Assembly (NCBI GenBank): GCA_963727845.1
Contig: CAVSHI010000006.1
Coordinates: forward strand, 169,558 to 233,557
Direction of reading: 5' to 3'
Length of the DNA: 64,000 nt
Source: Ignavibacteriota bacterium
Lineage (GTDB): Bacteria > Bacteroidota > Ignavibacteria > UBA10030 > SZUA-254
Shown piece after piece: positions 1 to 10,537 of the stretch. Position numbers and translations under genes: made by a program. Numbering within the stretch: the stretch's first letter is position 1; every line of letters starts with the position of its first letter. Under the pieces are notes generated by a model. That model made no database searches, had not been told where the DNA came from, and saw nothing but the letters and a program-made list of their open reading frames with translations.

Positions 1-2
1 CT

Positions 3-416
3 GCTTCTGCGGAAATTCAGTTGAGCGCCACAGGGGATATCTCGATCACTGATTCTCATGTCGCGACTCTGAACCTGGAGCATCGTGAATCGTTTATTGC
101 GGCTCCGGCGATACCAAAGGAATACCAGCTGGAGCAAAACTACCCGAATCCATTCAACCCGACGACAGTGATCGGTTACCAGCTACCGGTACAGAGTTAT
201 GTGACCCTGCGGGTGTACAACGTGCTCGGTCAGGAGGTCAGGACGCTCGCTGACGGGATTCAAGACGCAGGAATGATCTCGGTGGAATGGGACGCGACCA
301 ACAATTCGGGAATGTCCGTCCCGTCCGGCTTTTACTTCTACCGGATTGAAGCAACCGGTACGAATGGCAGCAGCAAATCATTTGTCCGGACCAGAAAAAT
401 GTTAATGATGAAATAG
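3..416 (+). CDS. 3' end of a secreted protein with T9SS C-terminal sorting (FlgD-like Ig) domain; begins before the window
   Basis: YQLEQNYPNPFNPTTVIGYQLP...VYNVLGQEVRTL...SGFYFYRI...RKMLMMK; frame is open back to the window start. Confidence 0.9.
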   Translation, partial: ASAEIQLSATGDISITDSHVATLNLEHRESFIAAPAIPKEYQLEQNYPNPFNPTTVIGYQLPVQSYVTLRVYNVLGQEVRTLADGIQDAGMISVEWDATNNSGMSVPSGFYFYRIEATGTNGSSKSFVRTRKMLMMK

Positions 417-436
417 GTGGTGGGGTCATCAAAATC

Positions 437-473
437 AAAAACCCCGTCCCGATCTGATCGGGGCGGGGTTTTT
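437..473. terminator. Bidirectional intrinsic terminator
   Basis: AAAAACCCCGTCCCGATC-TG-ATCGGGGCGGGGTTTTT hairpin with A and T tails between convergent genes. Confidence 0.85.
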
Positions 474-501
474 CACTTCAGAAAGTCGCTTCTCTCTCTC
501 G

Positions 502-1800
502 CTACATGGGGTATACAAATGTAACCCGAGGTTCGATCTTTTTCTGTGGTGCATAACCGATGACATTTTTGTTGTTATCGTACAATGGAGAGAACGTCCA
601 CATGTACATTGTGGAAACAATGATATAATCGATCGGTTTGTATCCAATCTCTGCGTATAGCAGTGACCGGTCGTCGGTTGTCACCAGGTCCTTGAAGTCG
701 ACGATGTTCACCTTGTCGTAACCGGCCCGTGCGATATAGGGTGCGTCTTTCGGGGCGATGTTTGTGGTAATGTGCAGGATGCCGCTGGAATCCCTGTCCA
801 GCTTTTCGAAGCTTCCGATGATGTCGAACGTATTGATCAGGCGAATGAGCAACTCGCCGTACAGGCCGTTGTTATTGGTGTTGGTAAGTGTCTTGAGCAT
901 CAGGCTCTTGCTGGCGCCCGTCAGTATATTGAAGCGCTCGATCTCGTAAAACGAGTTGAAGTAGGAGGGCATGTATTGATTGCCGTTGAACCTTCGCTCA
1001 AGTTTGATCCCCATTTTCAGGAGGTCGGTCGCATCGCCGTCGAACTTGATGCCCACAGTCGCGCCGCTTCCGAAGTCGAGAATCTTCACATAATCCGCGT
1101 ACAGCTCAAGGTTCACGAATTTATTCTTCACGAGCGGTAAGCCGATGTCACCCCCGACGATGTTCATGGAACCGTTTGTAACCGGTGAGCCGGCGCTGTC
1201 GTATGATTCAACCCTTGCGTACTTGTCGAAGTCCGTTGCATACGTGGCTCCGACTTCGAGATTGCTGATGATGGGGATGTCGGATGCCGATGTTAGCTGG
1301 AGGGGTCGGACGAAGCCGCGGAGTCCGGCTACGCCCGCCTGGGCAAAATTGCTATAAACCATCTGGATACCACCCATATCGGAATTCAAATTGAACTGTA
1401 GTCCCGATTTTCTGGCATCAAAGCTCGGACTGTTGTTGTAGGTGTTGATGATACTGCCGTGGCCGATCGTCACGTAGTCGAGAGCTCCCAGCTTGATGAA
1501 CAGCGGGTCGGTTTCCGTGTTGTAGCGAACATACCGGAGTACCCTGACGTAATCTGAGAATTGCTGGAAGTCCGCCTTGCGCAGGTGGCCCTGGCTGTCG
1601 AATTCCATCAGAAGGTCGACACCGAGACCGATCTTGGAGAAAGTGAATTCCGGCCGCACGTGGACGGCATAAAACGGCTGATTGTCGATCCACGTCATGC
1701 CCAACCCACCCGTCAATTCATTTTCGGCAGTAGGGGGGAACTGTGCGAACGCACTCGATGCGAGCAGAAGCGTCATGATACATAGCAATTGAACCTTCAT
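502..1800 (-). CDS. Hypothetical exported protein, possibly outer-membrane beta-rich
   Basis: 432 aa; signal peptide MKVQLLCIMTLLLASSAFA-Q; amphipathic beta-like segments; ends RVTFVYPM. Confidence 0.7.
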   Translation of the reverse strand: MKVQLLCIMTLLLASSAFAQFPPTAENELTGGLGMTWIDNQPFYAVHVRPEFTFSKIGLGVDLLMEFDSQGHLRKADFQQFSDYVRVLRYVRYNTETDPLFIKLGALDYVTIGHGSIINTYNNSPSFDARKSGLQFNLNSDMGGIQMVYSNFAQAGVAGLRGFVRPLQLTSASDIPIISNLEVGATYATDFDKYARVESYDSAGSPVTNGSMNIVGGDIGLPLVKNKFVNLELYADYVKILDFGSGATVGIKFDGDATDLLKMGIKLERRFNGNQYMPSYFNSFYEIERFNILTGASKSLMLKTLTNTNNNGLYGELLIRLINTFDIIGSFEKLDRDSSGILHITTNIAPKDAPYIARAGYDKVNIVDFKDLVTTDDRSLLYAEIGYKPIDYIIVSTMYMWTFSPLYDNNKNVIGYAPQKKIEPRVTFVYPM

Positions 1801-1869
1801 GGGAACCCCTTGTATAAAGTGATGAATAAAAAAAGGTACGTGAAAAAAGGATTATAGTCAAATTCAATG

Positions 1870-1907
1870 AAAAGCCCCGACTTCGCAGTGGAAGCCGGGG
1901 CATTTTT
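1870..1907 (-). terminator. Intrinsic terminator downstream of lat
   Basis: AAAAGCCCCGACTTC-GCAGTG-GAAGCCGGGGCATTTTT hairpin. Confidence 0.7.
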
Positions 1908-1934
1908 GCCCGAAAGGGCACTCTCTCGCCAGGC

Positions 1935-3305
1935 TCAAGCTTTCATTTCTTTAAGTGAATCCCGGAGGATGCTGAGGCATTCTTCGATCTCATGTTTCAG
2001 AATCGTGAGCGGTGGTCGGAATCTAAGCGAACGTTCCCCGCTTCCGAGGACAACCAATCCCCGGTCGAATGCCTTCTTGCGCAATTCATTGCGTTCATCC
2101 GCATTGCGCAGATCGATTGCGCGGAAAAGTCCCAGACCGCGCGCGTTGCTCACCATCTTCGGAAACTCCATCTGCAATTCCTGCAGCCGGGAGCCGAGGT
2201 ACTCTCCCATCACGCGTGCGTTTTCGACGAGGTGTTCTTCTTCAATGATCTCCAGATAGCGCTGCGACCGTACCATATCGACGAGACTGCCGCCCCATGT
2301 GGAATTCAACCGGCTCGCCACTTTGAAGACGTTGTCCGGTACTTCATCGATACGTTTACCTGACATGAAACCGCAAACCTGGGTTTTCTTGCCGAAGCAC
2401 ATGAGGTCGGGCTCGACAAAATGCTCGTGCGCCCACATCTTCCCAGTCAGGCCCACTCCGGTCTGCACTTCATCGAAAATCAACATGATGTCGTTCTCAT
2501 CGGCGATCGTTCGTAGTGCGACGAGGAATTCCTTCCGGAAATGATTGTCGCCGCCTTCGCCCTGGATTGGCTCGATAATGATCGAGGCAATATCATCCTT
2601 GTTCTGGCGGATGGCATCCTTGATCTGGTGCAGAGCGATCTGTTCGGCGTTCTCGGCGGCTTTCCGGTTTTCTTCATTCAGCGGGAATCGGACGGCCGGA
2701 GTGTCGATACGGGGCCACTTGAATTTCGGAAATAGTTCGACCTTCACCGGATCCGTGTTGGTGAGCGAAAGCGTGTAACCCGAACGGCCATGGAAGCAGC
2801 GCCGGAAATGGATCACCTGCGTACCGCGCTCTTCTTTGTAGCCTTTTTTGAAATTCTTCCTGACTTTCCAATCGAACGCCGCCTTCAGGGCATTCTCAAC
2901 ACCCAGCGCCCCGCCCTCGATGAAAAAGACATGGGGAAGGTATGCTGGCATGGCAACCCGTGCAAACGTCTCGACGAATTCCGCCATCTCAAGGGTATAG
3001 ACATCCGAGTTCGTCGGCTTATTGACGGCGACGAGCGCGAGTTTTTCCAAAAACTCGGGAGCCATCATCTTCGGGTGATTCAAGCCGATGGGCATGGAGG
3101 CGACAAAAGTGAAAAAGTCGAGGAGCCGGCGATTCGATTTGGGATCATAAATGTACGCTCCTTCGCTCCGCTCTAAGTCGACAACGAAATCAAGCACATC
3201 AACAAGCATATGCTTGCCGATGAGTTGCGAAATGTCCGACGGTTGGATGTGTGATCTGACGGCAGAGAGATCTGCATCAGAAGAAGTGAAATCACGATGG
3301 ATCAT
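1935..3305 (-). CDS. lat: L-lysine 6-transaminase (class III PLP aminotransferase)
   Basis: FHGRSGYTLSLTNTDP, EPIQGEGGDNHFR, FDEVQTG, FGKKTQVCG and SRLNSTWGG motifs typical of Lat. Confidence 0.9.
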   Translation of the reverse strand: MIHRDFTSSDADLSAVRSHIQPSDISQLIGKHMLVDVLDFVVDLERSEGAYIYDPKSNRRLLDFFTFVASMPIGLNHPKMMAPEFLEKLALVAVNKPTNSDVYTLEMAEFVETFARVAMPAYLPHVFFIEGGALGVENALKAAFDWKVRKNFKKGYKEERGTQVIHFRRCFHGRSGYTLSLTNTDPVKVELFPKFKWPRIDTPAVRFPLNEENRKAAENAEQIALHQIKDAIRQNKDDIASIIIEPIQGEGGDNHFRKEFLVALRTIADENDIMLIFDEVQTGVGLTGKMWAHEHFVEPDLMCFGKKTQVCGFMSGKRIDEVPDNVFKVASRLNSTWGGSLVDMVRSQRYLEIIEEEHLVENARVMGEYLGSRLQELQMEFPKMVSNARGLGLFRAIDLRNADERNELRKKAFDRGLVVLGSGERSLRFRPPLTILKHEIEECLSILRDSLKEMKA

Positions 3306-3377
3306 AAAGCACCTTTCAGATAATTCGTTCCAGGGAAAAGAGATTTGTTCTAACAGAATTAGACAATCTCTGTTTTC

Positions 3378-3482
3378 TTAGAAGAATTCCTGGTGCTCGT
3401 AGAGTGAGACGAAGTAGAGTTTGTAGGGATCTCTCCGTGAAAGCTCTGAAGCAATTCTCGATATAGTCAGTTCACGGAACAT
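3378..3482 (-). CDS. Putative 34-aa leader/upstream ORF (MFRELTISRIASELSRRDPYKLYFVSLYEHQEFF)
   Basis: ATG lies 8 nt after a TATATT -10 box; sits directly upstream of lat. Confidence 0.3.
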   Translation of the reverse strand: MFRELTISRIASELSRRDPYKLYFVSLYEHQEFF

Positions 3483-3490
3483 ACTTTCTA

Positions 3491-3518
3491 AATATAATAA
3501 AAAACGGGGGAGATTCAA
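3491..3518 (-). promoter_or_regulatory. sigma70-type promoter upstream of the uORF and lat
   Basis: Minus strand TTGAAT-16 nt-TATATT. Confidence 0.5.
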
Positions 3519-3664
3519 ATAGATAAGATAATGAGATGTTGAAAATTTGTGATTTGAGGCAAATAGCGGGGAAAATGTCGCATTTTCCAGCATTACACGC
3601 CACTTTCTAAGCGGAATGTCTCAAGATAGTGGCTGATTTTACGCCATGGCTGATTGGCGGAGCA

Positions 3665-3729
3665 AACCTTGCGAAGGTTCGGAACCTTCGCAAGGTTGAA
3701 GGAATGTCCGACCGGGGGATCGGACCTAC
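3665..3729. repeat. Two REP-like palindromes
   Basis: AACCTTGCGAAGGTT-CGG-AACCTTCGCAAGGTT (perfect 15-bp arms), and on the minus strand GTAG-GTCCGA-TCCCCCGG-TCGGAC (GTAG-footed REP shape). Confidence 0.7.
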
Positions 3730-3735
3730 AGCCGG

Positions 3736-5217
3736 TTATGAATCGATTTGCGCGCGCTGCAATTTGCCGCTGTAATCGACGTAGACAGTCTTCCACTCAC
3801 TGAAAAATTCATACACCGTCCACCCGCCCTCGCGGTGCCCGTTGCCGGTCTGCTTCACGCCGCCGAACGGCATGTGTGCCTCAGCGCCTATCGTGGGACC
3901 GTTGATGTACGTGATCCCGGCTTTGATATCACGGATCGCCTTGAACGCACCGTTCACGTTCTGTGTGTAGATGGAGGATGACAAGCCATACACGGTGTTG
4001 TTGAGAACGCTGATAGCCTCTTCAAGAGACTTGATCTTGACAACCGACAGGACCGGGCCAAAAATTTCTTCTTTCGCGATCCGCATCTCGGGCTGGACAT
4101 CGGAGAAGATTGTTGGTTGATAGAACCATCCCTTGTTCAGATCATCGCCCGATGCGATCGATCCGCCTACAGCTATCCTGGCTCCTTCCTTCAAACCGAT
4201 CCTGACGTACTCCTCGACAACCTTGCGTTGTGCCTCGTTGATGCAGGGGCCGACCTCGGTGGTCTCTTTCAAACCGTCTCCCAGTCTGAGTTTCTTCGTC
4301 CGGTCGACAAGCATCGACATGAACGTATCGTACACTTTTTCGTGGAGGATTAAACGGCTTGTTGCGGTGCAGCGCTGGCCCGTCGTTCCGAAAGCGCCCC
4401 AGAGAACGCCGTCGAGCGCCAGGCTGAGGTCGGCGTCGTCCATGACAATTTGAGCATTCTTGCCGCCGAGTTCCAGCGAAACGCGCTTCAACGTCTTGCT
4501 GGCAACTTCCGAAATCTTTTTGCCGACCACCGTCGAGCCGGTAAAGCTGACGAGGTCGACATCGGGGTGATCGACAATCGCCATGCCGACCTCACCGCCG
4601 CCGCCATGCACGATATTGATAACTCCTTCGGGGATGCCCGCTTCAAGGAGAATCTCGACAAGGACCGTTGCGGTGGCCGGAGTATCGGAGGCGGGTTTAA
4701 AGACAACGGTGTTGCCGCAGAGCAGTGCGGGGAAAATCTTCCAGGTCGGTATTGCCATCGGAAAATTCCACGGCGTGACCACTCCGGCAACTCCGATGGG
4801 AACCCGGAGCGCCATGTTAAACTTGTTGGGCAGCTCGGACGGGACAGTATGGCCGAAGAGTCGCCTTCCTTCGGAGGCGGCATAATACGCGGTGTCGATT
4901 CCTTCCTGAACGTCGCCCCGCGTTTCCACGAGTACCTTTCCCATTTCACGCGTCATGAGGCGGGCAATCTCCTCCTTCCGCCTGACCATGATATCGCCGA
5001 CTGTTTTCAGAATATCGCCGCGTTTTGGCGCCGGCACCAGCCTCCATTTTTCGAATGCCGACCGGGCGGCCTTCACCGCTTCGTCGACGTCATCTTTCCC
5101 CGATTTGGGAAATGTTCCGATCACTTCATCCCAGTTGGCGGGGTTCCGGTTTTCAAATGTTTTTCCGGATCGTGCATCTACCCATTTCCCGCTGATGAAA
5201 TTCTGATACTTCTTCAT
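3736..5217 (-). CDS. Aldehyde dehydrogenase, possibly alpha-aminoadipic semialdehyde/P6C dehydrogenase
   Basis: [22 protein letters not shown] and EEIFGP motifs; AGGAG upstream of ATG 5217; adjacent to lat. Confidence 0.9.
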   Translation of the reverse strand: MKKYQNFISGKWVDARSGKTFENRNPANWDEVIGTFPKSGKDDVDEAVKAARSAFEKWRLVPAPKRGDILKTVGDIMVRRKEEIARLMTREMGKVLVETRGDVQEGIDTAYYAASEGRRLFGHTVPSELPNKFNMALRVPIGVAGVVTPWNFPMAIPTWKIFPALLCGNTVVFKPASDTPATATVLVEILLEAGIPEGVINIVHGGGGEVGMAIVDHPDVDLVSFTGSTVVGKKISEVASKTLKRVSLELGGKNAQIVMDDADLSLALDGVLWGAFGTTGQRCTATSRLILHEKVYDTFMSMLVDRTKKLRLGDGLKETTEVGPCINEAQRKVVEEYVRIGLKEGARIAVGGSIASGDDLNKGWFYQPTIFSDVQPEMRIAKEEIFGPVLSVVKIKSLEEAISVLNNTVYGLSSSIYTQNVNGAFKAIRDIKAGITYINGPTIGAEAHMPFGGVKQTGNGHREGGWTVYEFFSEWKTVYVDYSGKLQRAQIDS

Positions 5218-5277
5218 AGTCTTCTCCTTGACAAATATTGTGGACATATTTTCTGCTGTCATTGTTACCCGCACTTG

Positions 5278-5355
5278 CTGTCACGGTCCCACCGTGACAG
5301 TTAAAGGGTTCCACTTCGGCTTTCACCGACTCGGTCACGGAATGGTCCGTGACCG
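5278..5355. repeat. Paired GTCACGG...CCGTGAC palindromes; second copy at 55284-55380
   Basis: CTGTCACGGT-CCC-ACCGTGACAG and CGGTCACGGA-ATGG-TCCGTGACCG. Confidence 0.75.
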
Positions 5356-6655
5356 CTAACCCAGTCCAACCCTTTTGAATATGTAGTCGACGTTACGGAT
5401 GCTCTTTTTCAAATCAAATAGCTCATCCAACTCGCGGGAGCCCAGGAATGAGGAAACTGTCTTGTCTGATTTCAGAACATCCTTGAAATCCCGCGTCTCG
5501 CCCGACCAGACTTCCATCGCTAGCCTCTGCACGGCAGCATAGGCGTCCTCCCGTTTCATTCCTTTTTTTGCAAGAGCGAGAAGGACAGATTGTGAAAAGA
5601 TGAGCCCGCGGGTTTTATCCAGATTCTTTATCATGTTTTGAGGATACACGACGAGTTGATCGACAATTTTCGTGAATGTCGCGATCATGTAGTCGAGGAG
5701 AATGCAGCTGTCGGGAATGATGATGCGCTCGACCGATGAGTGCGTTATATCGCGTTCATGCCAGAGCGCCACGTTTTCCATTGCGGCAATGGCATTTCCA
5801 CGGAGAACCCTCGCAAGTCCGGCAACTCTCTCGCAGCTAATGGGGTTGCGCTTATGGGGCATCGCGGATGAGCCCTTTTGACCCTTGGCGAAATACTCTT
5901 CGGCCTCCAGAACCTCGGTTCTTTGCAGATGACGTATTTCCGTTGCAAACTTCTCGAGCGAGCTGCCTACCACGGAGAGCGTCGTCAGGAATTCGGCATG
6001 AAGATCGCGTTGAAGGACCTGCGTAGAGATAGGCGCGGGTTTGAGTCCCAGTTTTCCGCACACGTAGCGTTCGACGAACGGGTCGAGATGTTCGTAGGTG
6101 CCGACGGCGCCGGAAATCTGTCCGAACGAAATTGTTTCCCGCGCCTGCTCGAGTTCGTCTGATATTCCGCCGGGTTTCATCGTACCACATGGCTAGTTTC
6201 AGGCCGAAAGTCGTGGGCTCGGCATGAATGCCGTGCGTGCGCCCAACCATGATCGTGCGCTTGAATTCCTTTGCGCGCCGGGCAAGAACTGCCGAAAGTG
6301 TCTGCAAGTCCTTGAGCAGGAGGTCGGCGGAAAGTTTCATCTGGATCGCCAGGCCGGTGTCGAGAATATCCGATGACGTCATGCCCAGGTGAATGAACCG
6401 TGAATCCGGTCCGACGTGCTCTCCGACGTCTGTGAGAAATGCGATAACGTCGTGGTTCACCGTGCGCTCAATTTCTTCGATACGCCGCACATCGAAGGCA
6501 GCCTTCCGGCGGATAGTCCGGGCCGATTTTTTCGGGAAGACGCCGAGCTCGGCCTGCGCCTCGCAGGCGAGGAGTTCGATGTCAAGCCATGTATGGAACT
6601 TGTTCTCTTCACTCCAGATCGCGCCCATTTCGGCGCGTGTATAGCGTGCAATCAT
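5356..6655 (-). pseudogene. purB: Adenylosuccinate lyase split by a +1 frameshift near 6154-6155 (probably a sequence error)
   Basis: N-half MIARYTRAEM...GRTHGIHAEPTTFG; C-half GSSAMPHKRNP; removing one A from AGACGA(A)CTCGAG restores RRLEQARETI. Confidence 0.9.
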
Positions 6656-7881
6656 GATCCGCGTTTTTCCAGCTTGAGTTCGAGGTTCAGGTATTTCTTT
6701 TCGCGAAGGACTTTCATTTTCAGAACATCGCCGGCTTTCGCTTCACTGACGATCTCCGTGACGGTCTCCTCATTCACGATATGCTCACCGTTGATTTCGA
6801 CGACAATGTCGCCCACTTTGAACCCGCTGTTCTCGGCGGGGCTGTTTGGTTTGACGTCGCTCACGATCACTCCCTCCGGCTTGTTCAGGCCGAAGTAGCG
6901 CGCGACGCGCACATCAACGGCGTTGACTTCTAATCCCGTCCAGAAGTCGCGCTCGACTTTTCCGCTCTTCTTCAATTCCGCGACGACACTCTTCACGCGA
7001 TTGATCGGAATGGCGAAGCCGACGCCCGCAGTTCCACCGACGCCGGAGACGCCCTGATTGGGCGTGTAAATCACGGCGTTGACGCCGATAACTTCTCCCA
7101 GAGCGTTGATGAGGGGGCCGCCGCTATTGCCGGAGTTGATCGCCGCGTCGGTTTGAATCATGCCGCGGTACGAACGTCCTCCTTCGGCGCTGAGGTTCAT
7201 TCCGGTGGCGCTCACGACGCCGACAGTCACCGTCGGCTTGTCGCTGATTTCAAATAGTCCGAACGGATTGCCGAGGGCAATGGCCCACTCTCCGATGATG
7301 ACGTCGTCCGAATTGCCGAGCCGGAGGGCGGAAAAATTTTTCCCTTCGATTTTTAAAAGGGAGATGTCTGAAACCGGGTCCGTTCCTACCAGGACGGCCT
7401 TGAATTTCTCCTTTGCCGTGGTCGTGACGGTGATTTCTTTTCCGTTGCCCGCGACATGGTCGTTCGTAACAATGTACCCGTCCGGAGAAATGATGAATCC
7501 CGACCCGAGACTCTTGATTTCCTGGCGGTACGTCCGGTCTCCAAAGTACTGCCGGAAGAACGGGTCGTTGCCGAAGAACTGCGAGAAAGGATTCTGCCAT
7601 TGATACTCGCGGACTTCGGTGACGTTGATGCTCACCACGGCCGGACTTGCGGCTGCGACCGCGCGCGTGATCGCGTTGTGCCGTTGCCCGATGAGTTGAT
7701 CTGAAACGGTGTCACGATCGGACGCGGAAAAGGATGCCTGGTGAATGTAGGAATCGTCGGTTTGCCCGTTCTCTGTCGCCGGGGAATGGCGATTTCCGAC
7801 CGTGTACCCCGACCAGAACGCGACGATCAACGGCAAACAGATCACCACAAACACAGAAAATATTTTCTTGGTCATAGTCAT
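6652..7881 (-). CDS. HtrA/DegP-like serine protease with one PDZ domain
   Basis: GSGFII, TNDHV, IQTDAAINSGNSGGPL, C-terminal PDZ; N-terminal membrane anchor. Confidence 0.92.
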   Translation of the reverse strand: MTMTKKIFSVFVVICLPLIVAFWSGYTVGNRHSPATENGQTDDSYIHQASFSASDRDTVSDQLIGQRHNAITRAVAAASPAVVSINVTEVREYQWQNPFSQFFGNDPFFRQYFGDRTYRQEIKSLGSGFIISPDGYIVTNDHVAGNGKEITVTTTAKEKFKAVLVGTDPVSDISLLKIEGKNFSALRLGNSDDVIIGEWAIALGNPFGLFEISDKPTVTVGVVSATGMNLSAEGGRSYRGMIQTDAAINSGNSGGPLINALGEVIGVNAVIYTPNQGVSGVGGTAGVGFAIPINRVKSVVAELKKSGKVERDFWTGLEVNAVDVRVARYFGLNKPEGVIVSDVKPNSPAENSGFKVGDIVVEINGEHIVNEETVTEIVSEAKAGDVLKMKVLREKKYLNLELKLEKRGS

Positions 7882-7901
7882 ATTCCCCTTGCAAATCGTT
7901 C

Positions 7902-8861
7902 TTACTTCTTCTTACGTCGTATAACCTTCAAGGTTGCTTTCACAATATCGTCCTTTGCGATGCCGTATTTCTTCATCAATTCGTCACCGGGGCCGGATTC
8001 GCCGAAGGTATCGTTGACGGCGACGAACTCCTGCGGGATAGGGCATGTCTGAACAAGAAATTCCGCGACCGCGCCGCCAAGCCCGCCATGGATCTGATGA
8101 TCTTCGGCGGTGACGATCGCGCCGGTTTCCCGGGCGGCTTTCATCAGAACATCCTTGTCGAGCGGCTTGATCGTATGCATGTTGATGACCCTGGCGCTGA
8201 TGCCCTGCGCCGAGAGGACCTCCTCGGCGAGAATTGCTTCCCACACCTGCAAGCCGCATGCGACGATCGTCACGTCGTGGCCGTCGATGAGCGTGACCGA
8301 TTTGCCGAGCTCGAACGGCGAGGACGCATCCGTGAAAACGGGAGTGTTGTCGCGGAAGAGCCGGATATAAATCGGATGATTCCAGCTGACCGTCGCTTTG
8401 ACCATTTTCTTGGCCTCGTGATAGTCACACGGACTTGCAACCGTCATGTGCGGCAGAATGCGCATGAGAGCTATATCCTCCAGCGATTGATGTGTTGCGC
8501 CGTCCGGTCCGACGGTGATGCCGCAATGAGATGCGCATATTTTCACCGGAAGCTGACTGTACGCAATCGATTGTCGGATCTGGTCGAACGGTCTGCCTGT
8601 GGCAAATTCACCGTACGCGGAGGCAAAAGGAATCTTACCGGCGATCGCGAGTCCTGCCGCAGTTCCCATCATATCCTGCTCGGCAATACCGACGCTGAAG
8701 AATCGGTCGGGGAAAGCCTTCTTGAATAAGTCGGTCCGGACCGAGCCCGTCACATCGCCGCCCAGGACCACGACATTCGGATTTTCATTCCCGAGCTCTA
8801 CAAGAGCTTCTCCGAATCCGAGTCGCGTAGCTTTCAGTTCTTTGGATGAATATTTGGGCAT
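7902..8861 (-). CDS. Transketolase, C-terminal subunit
   Basis: GIAEQDMMG, GPDGATHQ, MHTIKPLD, EDHQIHGGLG; start set at MPKYSS. Confidence 0.92.
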   Translation of the reverse strand: MPKYSSKELKATRLGFGEALVELGNENPNVVVLGGDVTGSVRTDLFKKAFPDRFFSVGIAEQDMMGTAAGLAIAGKIPFASAYGEFATGRPFDQIRQSIAYSQLPVKICASHCGITVGPDGATHQSLEDIALMRILPHMTVASPCDYHEAKKMVKATVSWNHPIYIRLFRDNTPVFTDASSPFELGKSVTLIDGHDVTIVACGLQVWEAILAEEVLSAQGISARVINMHTIKPLDKDVLMKAARETGAIVTAEDHQIHGGLGGAVAEFLVQTCPIPQEFVAVNDTFGESGPGDELMKKYGIAKDDIVKATLKVIRRKKK

Positions 8862-8862
8862 G

Positions 8863-9750
8863 CTATCGTGCTCCGGTAAGTTGTTGTTCCCAGTCGAACT
8901 TGATGAAGTCGCCAAGCTTGGTCGGTGCGAGTTCTCCGAGAGCCTGCTTGCCCTGTTCCTCATTTGGCGGAACGCCGTGCCATTTGTAATCGTCCTCCAT
9001 GAACGAAACCCCTCGGCCCATGAACGTTTTCGCGATAATCACAGTCGGCTTCCCTTTCACTTCCTGGGCCTGTTTCATCGTTTTCAAGAACTGTTCAATA
9101 TTGTTCCCGTCACATTCGAGCACGTGCCAGTTGAACGAGCTCCACTTTTCTGCGAGGGGCTCGAGGTTCATGACTTTGCCGGTGCGGTCATCGATCTGGC
9201 AATCATTTCTGTCGACAATCGCGATCAGGTTGTCCACTTTATGATGGCCGGCGGTCATCAATGCTTCCCAGACCTGTCCTTCGTCCAGTTCACCGTCCCC
9301 CAGCAGGACGTACACGCGGTTCGGCTTTTTGTCCAGGCGCAGTCCCAGCGTGCAGCCCACCGCAACGGAGAGGCCTTGCCCGAGCGCGCCGGAAGCGATT
9401 TCAGCGCCCGGCACTCCGTGCGTCCATGGCGGCGCGGGATGGCCCTGCAGTCTTCCATTGATCTTCCGCAGGGTGGCCAGTTCGCTCAGGGGGATGAAAC
9501 CCCGGCGCGCAAGCGTCGCATACCAGACCGGACACAAATGACCCGCAGAGAGAAAGAAATAATCCCGGGTATCCATCCGTGGATTTTTCGGATCGATATT
9601 CAGAATGTTGAAGTAAAGAGATGCGAAGATGTCGGCGAGACCGAGCGGTCCGCCCGAATGCCCCGATTTCGAAATCAACAGCATCTTGATGATGTCGCGG
9701 CGGATTTGCCTTGCCATCTCCTGTAATTCAGCGATGCTCAGTTTTTCCAT
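8863..9750 (-). CDS. Transketolase, N-terminal (TPP-binding) subunit
   Basis: SGHSGG, LQGHP, GDGELDEGQVWEA, WHG motifs. Confidence 0.92.
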   Translation of the reverse strand: MEKLSIAELQEMARQIRRDIIKMLLISKSGHSGGPLGLADIFASLYFNILNIDPKNPRMDTRDYFFLSAGHLCPVWYATLARRGFIPLSELATLRKINGRLQGHPAPPWTHGVPGAEIASGALGQGLSVAVGCTLGLRLDKKPNRVYVLLGDGELDEGQVWEALMTAGHHKVDNLIAIVDRNDCQIDDRTGKVMNLEPLAEKWSSFNWHVLECDGNNIEQFLKTMKQAQEVKGKPTVIIAKTFMGRGVSFMEDDYKWHGVPPNEEQGKQALGELAPTKLGDFIKFDWEQQLTGAR

Positions 9751-9772
9751 GGATGAGATTTGTGGTGATTGA

Positions 9773-10429
9773 TCATAGGGATTTTCCCAACATCTGCTTA
9801 ACCGGTCGAATATGCCGGAGTAAAATCAGACAACAGACAATAATAACAAGAACCCTGACCTCTGCGGTTCCGGTGAAAGAAGGGAGCGTTCCTGCAATGA
9901 CTGTTGCCGGAAGTGAAACGAATACCACCGGGCTGAGTACTGAAGCAACAAGGTTCGACCCGTGGATGTGTTTCGATGCGCGATAGCTCACCGCCCAAAT
10001 CAGACACCACACGATGGGAAATACCCAACCTATTACCAGCATGACACCCGCGCTCGTAGAAAGCCCGATTCCTCCTTTGAATTTCAGCCAGACCGGAAAA
10101 TCATGGCCGATGATCGCCGCCACCCCCGCTGCTGCCAGCACTGTGAAGTCAGTGCCGAACAACGCCATCGAGGCCAGCACCGCGAAACATCCCTTGAATG
10201 CATCGATAGCAAAAACCGCAAAACCGATCAGCCTCGAACTGGTAACTTCGTAGGCGTTCATTGCGCCAACATTTCCACTACCCGCCGCACGGATGTCGAC
10301 GTTTGATTTCTGCTTCAAGAGCAGATAGGCCGTAGGAAATGAGCCAGTACAATAGCCGATCAAGAGACTGAAGATGCAGGGAAACAGCAAAGGTTCAAAC
10401 GAGTTTTGGTCCACAATTCTCACAAACAT
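9773..10429 (-). CDS. plsY: Glycerol-3-phosphate acyltransferase PlsY (start uncertain)
   Basis: GSFPTAY, GSGNVGAMN, DAFKG, GHDFPVWLKFKGGIG motifs. Confidence 0.85.
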   Translation of the reverse strand: MFVRIVDQNSFEPLLFPCIFSLLIGYCTGSFPTAYLLLKQKSNVDIRAAGSGNVGAMNAYEVTSSRLIGFAVFAIDAFKGCFAVLASMALFGTDFTVLAAAGVAAIIGHDFPVWLKFKGGIGLSTSAGVMLVIGWVFPIVWCLIWAVSYRASKHIHGSNLVASVLSPVVFVSLPATVIAGTLPSFTGTAEVRVLVIIVCCLILLRHIRPVKQMLGKSL

Positions 10430-10537
10430 ACGAAAAAAGCGGCAAAGTTACAAAGCCAAAATTTTCTCCACCGGAGTTGTTTTCGGGATTTCATTCTTGC
10501 TTCTCCTTGCAAAAACGAGTATATTTTCATCGCCAGT

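Noticed and set aside
6140-6180. Programmed ribosomal frameshift in purB
   Set aside because: No slippery sequence or stimulatory structure; a sequence error is more parsimonious
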